Shown here piece after piece: positions 17,792-24,969 of a stretch of DNA of 53,455 nucleotides; the stretch's first letter is position 1, and the number at the start of each line of letters is the position of its first letter. The notes beneath the pieces were generated by a model. It made no database searches and was not told the origin of the DNA. It was given only the letters and a program-made list of their open reading frames with translations. Origin of the DNA: an archaeon (GTDB lineage Archaea; Nanobdellota; Nanobdellia; Pacearchaeales; GW2011-AR1); the NCBI GenBank assembly GCA_030679115.1, contig JAUXTS010000009.1, positions 1 through 53,455 of the forward strand. The letters are read 5' to 3'. The position numbers and the translations under genes are program-made.

Positions 17792-17910
17792 AATATGAAT
17801 GGAAAAAGTCGATTTAAATAGTTTTTTATTTAAGAAAATCAATATTTTATCCGAAAAAATATCTTTCTTATCGCAGATAGATTTATATATAAATAAAATT
17901 GAAAAAGATT

Positions 17911-18159
17911 ATGGTTAGCGGAATCGAGAGACCTCTTGACCTTTTGAACCAATCAAAGGGAAAAGAAGTTCTTGTTCAATTGAAAGGAGAAAAGCAATTC
18001 GTTGGTACTTTACTTGCCTTCGACATACATATAAATGTAGTCTTAGACAATGCCAAGGAAATGCAAGACGGAGAAATGAAGAAAAGCATCGGCCTGACTT
18101 TTTTGAGAGGCGATACAATAATCTTCATATCGCCTGCTTCTACTTCAAGGAACAAATAA
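17911..18159 (+). CDS. Sm-like (LSm) archaeal protein
   Basis: RPLDLLNQSKGKEVLVQLKGEKQFVGTLLAFDIHINVVLDNAKE...LRGDTIIFISP matches the Sm1/Sm2 motifs. The track start is TTG, so I use the ATG at 17911. Confidence 0.88.
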   Translation: MVSGIERPLDLLNQSKGKEVLVQLKGEKQFVGTLLAFDIHINVVLDNAKEMQDGEMKKSIGLTFLRGDTIIFISPASTSRNK

Positions 18160-18242
18160 GCTTAAGTCATTATTTTTAGTTTAGGCACAAAGCACGTGAA
18201 TTCTATTCATGGCTTATGACTATTCAAGATTAGTTGGAACTT

Positions 18243-19139
18243 TTATAAAACCACTTTCTCAAAATCCTTCGCCAAAGAAACATTCTTGAAAATCTTCTTA
18301 GCTTCTTTCTCAATCATTTCAAGATTGCGTTCATATCTCTGTGAAATATGCGTTAAAAATAGCTTCTTCACTTTTGCTTTTTTTGCAATTGTTGCCGCAT
18401 CAGCAGAAGTCAGATGAAGATATTCTCTGGCTTTTTCTTTATCTTTTATAGAAAAAGCGGATTCTGCTATTAAAATATCTGAATCTTTTGCAATTTTCAC
18501 AGCATTTGAATTCATTCCGGTATCTAAGATAAAAGTAATTTTCTTTCCTTTTTCTATATATGAAACAGAAGATGCCTTTATTTTCATCCCATTTATTACA
18601 ATATCTTTTCCCTGCTGAAGATTTTTTATCAATGGAGTATTTGGAACTTTGAATTTCTTAAGTTTCTTTTTGTCTATTCTTCTTCTTTCTTCAAACACTA
18701 TGGAATAAGCATTTACTGGAGTGCCATGAGACATACTTTCAGCTTCAATATGAAAATCCTTGTCTTTTATGAATATTCCTGAAACCTCATGAACTTCTAA
18801 TTTTATGTTTATTCTTTTTATTAACTCTCTTATCAGAGAAATATAATGATTAGTTCCTTTTGGCCCATAAATTTTCAATGTCTTTGAGTAATTCATCATG
18901 AATAGCGTTTGAAGCAATCCTGGAAGCCCCAAAATATGGTCTCCATGCCAATGTGTAATTAATATCTTATCTATTTTAGTAGGGCTTATTCCCGCTATTT
19001 TCAATTGCTTTTGAGTGCCCTCTCCGCAGTCAACTAGTATATTTTCCCTTCCAATGTCTACGAATATTGCCGTATGATTCCTTTTAGCCGTAGGAATAGA
19101 ATCTCCAGTGCCCAAAAAAGTTATTTTAATCTCTTCCAT
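18243..19139 (-). CDS. rnz: Ribonuclease Z (tRNA 3' endonuclease)
   Basis: ITFLGTGDSIPT..., metallo-beta-lactamase HWHGDH motif, C-terminal LFLTHISQRY. Confidence 0.88.
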   Translation of the reverse strand: MEEIKITFLGTGDSIPTAKRNHTAIFVDIGRENILVDCGEGTQKQLKIAGISPTKIDKILITHWHGDHILGLPGLLQTLFMMNYSKTLKIYGPKGTNHYISLIRELIKRINIKLEVHEVSGIFIKDKDFHIEAESMSHGTPVNAYSIVFEERRRIDKKKLKKFKVPNTPLIKNLQQGKDIVINGMKIKASSVSYIEKGKKITFILDTGMNSNAVKIAKDSDILIAESAFSIKDKEKAREYLHLTSADAATIAKKAKVKKLFLTHISQRYERNLEMIEKEAKKIFKNVSLAKDFEKVVL

Positions 19140-19176
19140 AAATTGATTAGGTTAAATTGATTTAAATAAGTAATGT

Positions 19177-20403
19177 TTAATGGCTCTTTTTATCGGACAG
19201 TTCTTTGTAAATCTTAAGCGTTGATTTTGCGATAATTGGCCAATCAAACATTTTTGCTCTTTCAGCAGCAAGAGAGCCATATTTTTTTATTAAATTTGGG
19301 GAACGCATCAGTTTTATTATCTCGTTTGTAATCTTTTTTGCTTTCGGTTCAACCAGTATTCCAGAGTTTCCTACAACCTCTGGGATTCCCCCTACATTTG
19401 TGGCTACGATTGCATTCTTACAAGCCATCGCTTCAAGAATACAAAGTCCAAATGATTCGTAAAGAGAGGGTTGCACATAAATATTAGAATTTTGATAGTA
19501 TTTTGCCAACTCAATAACGTTTAGGGGCCGAGAAATCCAAATAAATCTCCCAAGATATTTTTTTTGTAGTTCAATAAATTTGTCCTGTACCAGTTTTAAT
19601 GTTGGAATCTGAGTCTCCTGCAATATGGCTGTAAAAGTATATTTTTTATTTGCATTCAGAACTCCCTCTATTATTTCAGGCAACATATCCACTCCCTTTT
19701 CCTTGCTAAATCTGCTTACGGTCAAAACATTTAAAGATTTATTTTTAGAAGGATTAAACAATTTAAGATCTACCCCATTTGGGATTACAACTGTTCTTTT
19801 TGATGAGCCTTTAAACGTATTCAATACCTCTTTTTTAACACTCTCTGATACTGCAATAAGCTTATCTGCATCAGCCAGAGTATCTTCTATCCAAGAAGTT
19901 ACCTTGAAAAGTTTTTTCTCCTCTTCAGTCATGGAAGAAAGTCTATTTCTCTCGAGAGCATGCACTGTATGCACCCAAGGTATATTATTAAGATATTTTT
20001 GCATAAATGCTGAACTCGTAAGCCAGCCATGTGTATGAATAACATCAAATCTTCTTCTTGTATTTTCATATAGAAATTCATTTAATACTTTGCTTTCAAA
20101 AACCGCATACCTTATTCTCTTTTGAATAACTGAATCTCCAACTTCAAAATCAAAATCACTTTTTAAGAAGTGAAGTATAATTTTTCCTTTCTCAATATGA
20201 ACATTGTGCTTAGAATCTTCTTTCCCATTCGTAAAAACATGAATTTCACATCCAAGTTTAGCAAGATGAGTCACAAGATTATAGGCGTGTATTCCTACGC
20301 CACTAGTAGAAGGTTTTTGAAATGGATAGTAATAACTAATCAGAGCAACCTTAAAGGGTTTTTCAAAAAAAGAATTAAAAAGGTTTAAAACTTCGTCAAA
20401 CAT
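19177..20403 (-). CDS. Glycosyltransferase, GT4 (GT-B) family
   Basis: SGVGIHAYNLVTHLAKLGCEIHVF and the E-x7-E region PSLYESFGLCILEAMACKNAIVATNVGGIPEVV. Start trimmed to the ATG at 20403. Confidence 0.8.
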   Translation of the reverse strand: MFDEVLNLFNSFFEKPFKVALISYYYPFQKPSTSGVGIHAYNLVTHLAKLGCEIHVFTNGKEDSKHNVHIEKGKIILHFLKSDFDFEVGDSVIQKRIRYAVFESKVLNEFLYENTRRRFDVIHTHGWLTSSAFMQKYLNNIPWVHTVHALERNRLSSMTEEEKKLFKVTSWIEDTLADADKLIAVSESVKKEVLNTFKGSSKRTVVIPNGVDLKLFNPSKNKSLNVLTVSRFSKEKGVDMLPEIIEGVLNANKKYTFTAILQETQIPTLKLVQDKFIELQKKYLGRFIWISRPLNVIELAKYYQNSNIYVQPSLYESFGLCILEAMACKNAIVATNVGGIPEVVGNSGILVEPKAKKITNEIIKLMRSPNLIKKYGSLAAERAKMFDWPIIAKSTLKIYKELSDKKSH

Positions 20404-20462
20404 TAAATAGTAAGAACAAGAAACGATTAAAAGCTTTTTGTTTTCATAATAAAAGAAATAAA

Positions 20463-21059
20463 ATGGCAAATGAATCATTACTTAATCCTAATATCTTATT
20501 AATTGCTAAGGCGTTAATTATTATTGCTCTGAGTATTTTAATAGGTTATATTGGCAAATTCCTTTTGAGAAAATTTATAGATAAATTTATTCTTATTCGA
20601 GTATTTAAGAAAGACTTGTCTGCTTACGAAGTTGCAAAGATTATCAATAAAGTATTTACAGAAATAATTCAATGGATGATAATTCTGCTTGCATTGAATT
20701 ATTCATTAGTAATGTTTAATTTTAATTTACTCACGAACATATTTTCTTTTATAATATCTGAAATCCCAAAGATAGTCTTGTTTTTAGGCATTATATCTGC
20801 TGGATTGCTCATAGCAAAATTAATTACTTCGAGAATAAAATATAAAGAAATATCAAATGCGGAAGAAGTAAGCTTTGCAATTGAATTCGTTGTAATTTCT
20901 GCATTTGCGCTTACCGCCTTAGAATTTATAGGAATCAAAGCAACTGCACTTATTGAATTGTTTAAAGTAATATTGTATGCCATAGCTGTAATAATAATTA
21001 TTCTTGTATTCAGACCAGATATGTTGAAATCTAAGCAGAAAAAAGCTAATAAAAAATGA
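20463..21059 (+). CDS. Integral membrane protein, hypothetical
   Basis: 198 aa with at least 5 hydrophobic segments. Confidence 0.55.
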   Translation: MANESLLNPNILLIAKALIIIALSILIGYIGKFLLRKFIDKFILIRVFKKDLSAYEVAKIINKVFTEIIQWMIILLALNYSLVMFNFNLLTNIFSFIISEIPKIVLFLGIISAGLLIAKLITSRIKYKEISNAEEVSFAIEFVVISAFALTALEFIGIKATALIELFKVILYAIAVIIIILVFRPDMLKSKQKKANKK

Positions 21060-21120
21060 TGTGCCTCTTGCCTTAGATTGTCCCAGTAATGTTTATAATC
21101 TTATAAGCCTATTTTAAAAT

Positions 21121-21771
21121 ATGAAAAAGAGAGATGGACTTAGGATATTAATTGTGCTTCTATTTCTTTCAATAATTGTATTTATGTTTGCCTGGAATTC
21201 GTCAAATATCACAAATATGGTAATAATTGAATTTAATGACGAAAATAAATTCAATTCAGAAACAGGATTTCTGATAAAATCGCTTGATTATGTTATAAAT
21301 GGCAATAAATTAGATATCACATATTATTTGAAAGAAGAAATTAATCTGCCTCAAAAATTGAATGTTGAAAGTATTTTGAGAAGTTTTGATGGAGAAAAAA
21401 TTTCCGAATCCTATCAAAATATAACCCTTAGTGCCGGACAGACAAAAGAATACAAACTAATTTTAGATTATCCTTTGGATACCAATAAACCTCTTAAATT
21501 TTCTCTTACAATAAGCAATGAAAGAGGAAGCGAATGGACAATTAAGGAAATAGGCAAATCACGTTCATATATTACTGGACTTACTGCATTAGATTTAGTA
21601 AATGAAGGGAAAGTAGCATGGATATTGATGATAGTTATTCTGATACTTGTTTATCTAATTATAATCTATCTGAAAAGACATCATGCACGAACAAGAAATA
21701 TCTTTCCAGCACATAAGAGAAAGGTTTTAATTCCCTTAGATCTTAAAGAAAATAATAAAAAGAGGGTATAA
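21121..21771 (+). CDS. Membrane-anchored extracellular protein, hypothetical
   Basis: N-terminal and C-terminal TM segments flank a roughly 130-aa beta-rich region. Confidence 0.55.
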   Translation: MKKRDGLRILIVLLFLSIIVFMFAWNSSNITNMVIIEFNDENKFNSETGFLIKSLDYVINGNKLDITYYLKEEINLPQKLNVESILRSFDGEKISESYQNITLSAGQTKEYKLILDYPLDTNKPLKFSLTISNERGSEWTIKEIGKSRSYITGLTALDLVNEGKVAWILMIVILILVYLIIIYLKRHHARTRNIFPAHKRKVLIPLDLKENNKKRV

Positions 21772-22331
21772 TGGAAAAAATATCAAACCTTGAACAGAAA
21801 GAACTTCTTCAAAAATCAGAAATAAGTATTTGGTTAGATAATTACAATGATATTTTTTCAGTTTTTGATTCGCGCCATTATCTTGAAAGAGCTCTTTCTG
21901 TAGACTTTTTAGATGAGATAAAAAGGGCAAGCCGAGATAAACCTTCTGGAGGATTATCATTGAATATGCTTATCCCAATTAAACAAAGAAATACGACTCA
22001 TGAAACTTTGATAAAAAAAAGGCTGAAAGAGCATTTCAAGAAACATACAGATATTCTTGAAAAAGATCAGGGTGAATTAGTTTGGCAAGGAATTTATTTT
22101 CTTTTTTTTGGCTTAATATTTATGTCTGTAGCTGCATATATATTGTTTTTCTATCATGATAAAATAAACTTTTTTAAGGAATTTCTTATTGTGCTTCTTG
22201 AGCCCGGAGGATGGTTTTTGTTTTGGGAAGGGCTGGCATTGATTATTTTTGAAACAAAGAAAATAAAACCAGATTTAGTATTTTACAGAAAAATGAGTAA
22301 AGCAGACCTTGTTTTTCATACTTATAAGTAA
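21771..22331 (+). CDS. Membrane protein, hypothetical
   Basis: 186 aa. 1-nt overlap (TAATG) with the preceding gene. Two TM segments in the C-terminal half. Confidence 0.5.
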   Translation: MEKISNLEQKELLQKSEISIWLDNYNDIFSVFDSRHYLERALSVDFLDEIKRASRDKPSGGLSLNMLIPIKQRNTTHETLIKKRLKEHFKKHTDILEKDQGELVWQGIYFLFFGLIFMSVAAYILFFYHDKINFFKEFLIVLLEPGGWFLFWEGLALIIFETKKIKPDLVFYRKMSKADLVFHTYK

Positions 22332-22344
22332 TATGTAAGATAAG

Positions 22345-22352
22345 TTTAAATA
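22345..22352 (+). promoter_or_regulatory. TATA box for tRNA-Arg(TCT)
   Basis: TTTAAATA centred about 28 nt upstream of tRNA position 1 (22377). Confidence 0.55.
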
Positions 22353-22376
22353 ACTTCTTTGTGATTTTTTGAGTAT

Positions 22377-22497
22377 GCTCCCGTAGCTCAGCCTGGATAG
22401 AGCACCTGCCTTCTATTGAAGGACTGAGTCTTCGATACATCGGAGACTTGTCTACGAAGTAAGCAGGGGGTCGCACGTTCAAATCGTGTCGGGAGCG
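22377..22497 (+). tRNA. tRNA-Arg (anticodon TCT) with 46-nt intron at 37/38 (22416-22461)
   Basis: GCTCCCG acceptor, GCTC/GAGC D stem, CCTGC...GCAGG anticodon stem, loop CT-TCT-A, T arm GCACG-TTCAAAT-CGTGT, CGGGAGC-G. Confidence 0.9.
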
Positions 22498-22626
22498 TTT
22501 AAAGGGATTTCATTCTTCAATCCCTTATTTCTCGATTTGAACTGCGAAGCACGTTCAAATACTTCAACATGTTAATGTTGAAGTCACCGCAGAGCTTTGC
22601 TCTGCAAGTGCTGTCGGGAGCGTTTA
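22498..22626 (+). repeat. tRNA-Arg trailer element: hairpin, inverted T-arm copy, direct T-arm copy, H1, H2, 15-nt repeat of the tRNA 3' end
   Basis: AAGGGATT...AATCCCTT (22502-22526). CGATTTGAACTGC (22533-22545) is an inverted copy of the T arm. GCACGTTCAAAT (22549-22560) is a direct copy. H1 is ACTTCAACATGTTAATGTTGAAGT (22561-22584). H2 is CACCGCAGAGCTTTGCTCTGCAAGTG (22585-22610). TGTCGGGAGCGTTTA (22612-22626) is identical to 22487-22501. Confidence 0.85.
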
Positions 22627-22640
22627 CACGATACTAAATC

Positions 22641-22648
22641 TTTAAAAG
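22641..22648 (+). promoter_or_regulatory. TATA box for tRNA-Cys
   Basis: TTTAAAAG, 24-31 nt upstream of tRNA position 1 (22672). Confidence 0.5.
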
Positions 22649-22671
22649 TGCTATATGTTTCTAAAATATAC

Positions 22672-22744
22672 GCGCAGGTGGGACAGTGGTTACTCCGGTC
22701 GGCTGCAGCCCGACTTTTCCCAGGTTCGAATCCTGGCCTGCGCT
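22672..22744 (+). tRNA. tRNA-Cys (anticodon GCA)
   Basis: GCGCAGG acceptor, GTCGG-CTGCAGC-CCGAC anticodon arm, T arm CCAGG-TTCGAAT-CCTGG, CCTGCGC-T. Confidence 0.9.
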
Positions 22745-22923
22745 TATTATAGTTTTGAAAGCCAGCGGAAAACTTTTTCTAAAAGTTTTTGCTGTTCGAA
22801 TCACTTCAATCTCTTTAGAGTTGAAGCTTCAAGATTCTATGAATCTTGACAGTGCTCAAGAATCAAAACTCAGGATTCTTGACATCACCGCGGAGCTTGC
22901 TCTGCGAGTGCTGGCCTGCGCTT
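22745..22923 (+). repeat. tRNA-Cys trailer element (expanded version with extra nested hairpins)
   Basis: AAAACTTTT-TCT-AAAAGTTTT (22769-22789). T-loop copy TTCGAAT (22795-22801). H1 variant ACTTCAATCTCTTTAGAGTTGAAG (22803-22826). TCAAGATTCTATGAATCTTGA (22829-22849). TCAAGAATC...GATTCTTGA (22856-22882). H2 is CACCGCGGAGCTTGCTCTGCGAGTG (22886-22910). CTGGCCTGCGCTT (22911-22923) is identical to 22733-22745. Confidence 0.85.
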
Positions 22924-23018
22924 TCATACTCTTTAACACATAAAACTCCCAGTTTAACGCCGACAATAAGTTTATAAGTATCTAAAATATAGAATTTTAT
23001 CACGGAGGTATTAAATTC

Positions 23019-23171
23019 ATGGCTACACAAGGATATTGCGTAAAATGCAAGAAAAAAGTAGATATAAAAGACCCAAAAGAGTCTCTCACCAAGAAAGGCA
23101 CGAAGATTGCTAAGGGAAAATGCCCTCATTGTGGAATAACTGTATGCAGAATGGGCGGAATCTGCAAGTAA
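23019..23171 (+). CDS. Small zinc-ribbon protein (DUF5679-like)
   Basis: Below the track cutoff. Translation: MATQGYCVKCKKKVDIKDPKESLTKKGTKIAKGKCPHCGITVCRMGGICK. GGAGG lies 9 nt upstream. Confidence 0.65.
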   Translation: MATQGYCVKCKKKVDIKDPKESLTKKGTKIAKGKCPHCGITVCRMGGICK

Positions 23172-23249
23172 ATAAACAAATTTTTATTAATTTTTTAATT
23201 TAATGCTTCTAAATGGAAAGTTTAAATATATTGATTGTAAATTAGATAG

Positions 23250-24767
23250 ATGAACAAGGGTAAAAAAGAAACAGCTAAAGAAGAGGAAAATAAGTATAAT
23301 CAAGTAATGGAATTAGCCTCCAGAAAAAGCCTGTTTTTCCCCTCAGCAGAAATATACCCTGATTCTCCAGCAGGTTTTTGGGATTTTGGCCCTTTTGGAC
23401 AGGCAATCAGAAGAAAAGTAATTGATTTCTGGAGGCATGAACTAGTGCAAAAAGAAAACATGTTAGAGATTCATGGTGCTCAAATCTTACCACAATTAGT
23501 GTTTGAAGGTTCTGGACATCTAAAATCCTTTGCAGATCCAATAATGCAATGTAAAAAATGTAAAAAATATGAAAGAGCTGACCAAATAATTGGAGAAAAA
23601 ATAGGGAAAAATGTTCCTGAATCATTAGCAATAGAAAAATTAGATGAAATGATTGCGGAACATAAAGTCAAATGTCCTAAATGTGGCGAAGAATTTGGAA
23701 AAGTTTCTAAATTTAATATGATGGTTGAAACAATTGTCGGTAAACCTGGAGAATTTAAAACTTTTCTAAGACCTGAAGCTTGTCAGTCTATATTTTTAGA
23801 TTTTGCAAGAATGACAAAAACAATGAGATTAAAATTGCCTCAAGGAATTGCACAGGCAGGAGGAGCATTCAGAAATGAAATTTCTCCAAGACAAAGCATC
23901 ACAAGAGCTGTTGAATTTGCACAAATGGAAGCAGAAATATTTTTTGATCCGATAAGAATAAATGAAATAAAAGACTTTGATAAAGTTGCAAATTACAAAG
24001 TTAACGTACTTAGATTAGGAAAAGAAAAAGTTGAAAAATTCAAAGCCTCCGAATTAATAAGTAAGAAAATCGTGCCTAAACAATTAATTGCTTATTTCAT
24101 GGCTCGCACTCAGCAAGTATGGAATAAAATGGGCATTCCTCTGGAAAAAATCAGATTTAGAGAAGTTGATAAAGATGAACGAGCGTTTTATTCTCTCGCA
24201 ACATTTGATTTTGAAGTTGAAACCAGTTTAGGATGGCTTGAATTAATAGCAAATAACTACCGAACAGATTATGATTTGAAAGGGCACGGAGAAAAATCAG
24301 GAACAGATTTAACTTATCTCACTCAAGAAGGTAAAAGAATAATTCCTCATATCTGGGAAATTTCCGCAGGTATTGATAGAACAGTTTATGCAATTCTCGA
24401 GCATTCATTGAAAAAAGGCAAAGAAGGATTATATCTTTCTTTGAATCCTAAATTAGCTCCTGCTGATTGTGCCATTTTCCCATTAGTAAATAAAGAAAAT
24501 ATGCCTTGTATAGCATTAGAAGTCAAAGAACTGCTCCAGAATGCCTGGTTTGATGTCTTATATGATGATTCTGGAAGTATAGGGAGAAGATATGCGAGAG
24601 TTGATGAAGTGGGTGTCCCCTATTGCATAACAATAGATGGCGATTCAACCAAAAAGAAAGATGTCACATTGAGAGAAAGAGATTCAGGCAAGCAGATAAG
24701 AGTCAAGATTTCCGAACTCTCAGACAAGTTAAGAAAACTTCTAAACAGCGAAATCAAATTCAAATAA
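23250..24767 (+). CDS. glyS: Glycyl-tRNA synthetase (archaeal/eukaryotic alpha2 type)
   Basis: FFPSAEIYPDSPAGFWDFGPFG, class II motifs (FRNEISPRQSITRAVEFAQMEAEIF), GIDRTVYAILEH, and a C-terminal anticodon-binding domain. Confidence 0.93.
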   Translation: MNKGKKETAKEEENKYNQVMELASRKSLFFPSAEIYPDSPAGFWDFGPFGQAIRRKVIDFWRHELVQKENMLEIHGAQILPQLVFEGSGHLKSFADPIMQCKKCKKYERADQIIGEKIGKNVPESLAIEKLDEMIAEHKVKCPKCGEEFGKVSKFNMMVETIVGKPGEFKTFLRPEACQSIFLDFARMTKTMRLKLPQGIAQAGGAFRNEISPRQSITRAVEFAQMEAEIFFDPIRINEIKDFDKVANYKVNVLRLGKEKVEKFKASELISKKIVPKQLIAYFMARTQQVWNKMGIPLEKIRFREVDKDERAFYSLATFDFEVETSLGWLELIANNYRTDYDLKGHGEKSGTDLTYLTQEGKRIIPHIWEISAGIDRTVYAILEHSLKKGKEGLYLSLNPKLAPADCAIFPLVNKENMPCIALEVKELLQNAWFDVLYDDSGSIGRRYARVDEVGVPYCITIDGDSTKKKDVTLRERDSGKQIRVKISELSDKLRKLLNSEIKFK

Positions 24768-24783
24768 TTCACACCTAAATAGA

Positions 24784-24791
24784 TTTATAAT
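24784..24791 (+). promoter_or_regulatory. TATA box for tRNA-Ala
   Basis: TTTATAAT, 24-31 nt upstream of tRNA position 1 (24815). Confidence 0.55.
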
Positions 24792-24814
24792 ATATCTTTT
24801 TATTGAATTTTCAA

Positions 24815-24885
24815 GGGCCCGTATTATAATGGTATTATTCGCCCATGGCATGGGTGAGACCCGAGTTCGATTCTCGGCGGGTCCA
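24815..24885 (+). tRNA. tRNA-Ala (anticodon GGC)
   Basis: GGGCCCG/CGGGTCC acceptor with the G3:U70 identity pair, CGCCC-ATGGCAT-GGGTG anticodon arm, T arm CCGAG-TTCGATT-CTCGG. The D stem is AT-rich and has one mismatch. Confidence 0.82.
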
Positions 24886-24969
24886 TCGAACGAGGAGAGT
24901 TCGATTCACTTCAACATGTGAGTGTTGAAGTTGTCCACGGAACTTGTTCTGTGGCATCGGCGGGTCCAT
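24886..24969 (+). repeat. tRNA-Ala trailer element (minimal version)
   Basis: ATCGAAC (24885-24891) is an inverted copy of the T-loop. GAGTTCGATT (24897-24906) is a direct copy. H1 is CACTTCAACATGTGAGTGTTGAAGT (24907-24931). H2 is TGTCCACGGAACTTGTTCTGTGGCA (24932-24956). TCGGCGGGTCCAT (24957-24969) is identical to 24874-24886. Confidence 0.85.

Noticed and set aside
22655-23129. Track ORFs 22655-22849 (+), 22686-22943 (+) and 22863-23129 (-), which cover tRNA-Cys and its trailer
   Set aside because: They run straight through a well-folded tRNA-Cys and the hairpin-module repeat. Their translations are low-complexity. The real coding sequence in this region is the 50-aa zinc-ribbon ORF at 23019-23171 on the plus strand.
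15471-24969. Reading the tRNA trailers as non-canonical T-loop introns, i.e. the second 3' end being the real exon
   Set aside because: Each tRNA is already contiguous and complete without splicing. I could not draw a bulge-helix-bulge motif (3-nt bulge, 4-bp helix, 3-nt bulge) at the required junctions. The repeats extend 1-4 nt past the discriminator into non-tRNA sequence. The only EndA seen is of the short, homotetramer-like size class, which is strict for canonical BHB. The idea is not formally excluded, because both readings give the same mature tRNA.
15471-24969. Reading the duplicated tRNA 3' ends as attL/attR of integrated proviruses or plasmids
   Set aside because: The segments between the repeats are only 70-165 nt, contain no ORF, and share the same hairpin module at four different tRNAs. 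No integrase gene is present anywhere in the window. A classical integrase-borne att site would have one fixed sequence, not four tRNA-specific ones.
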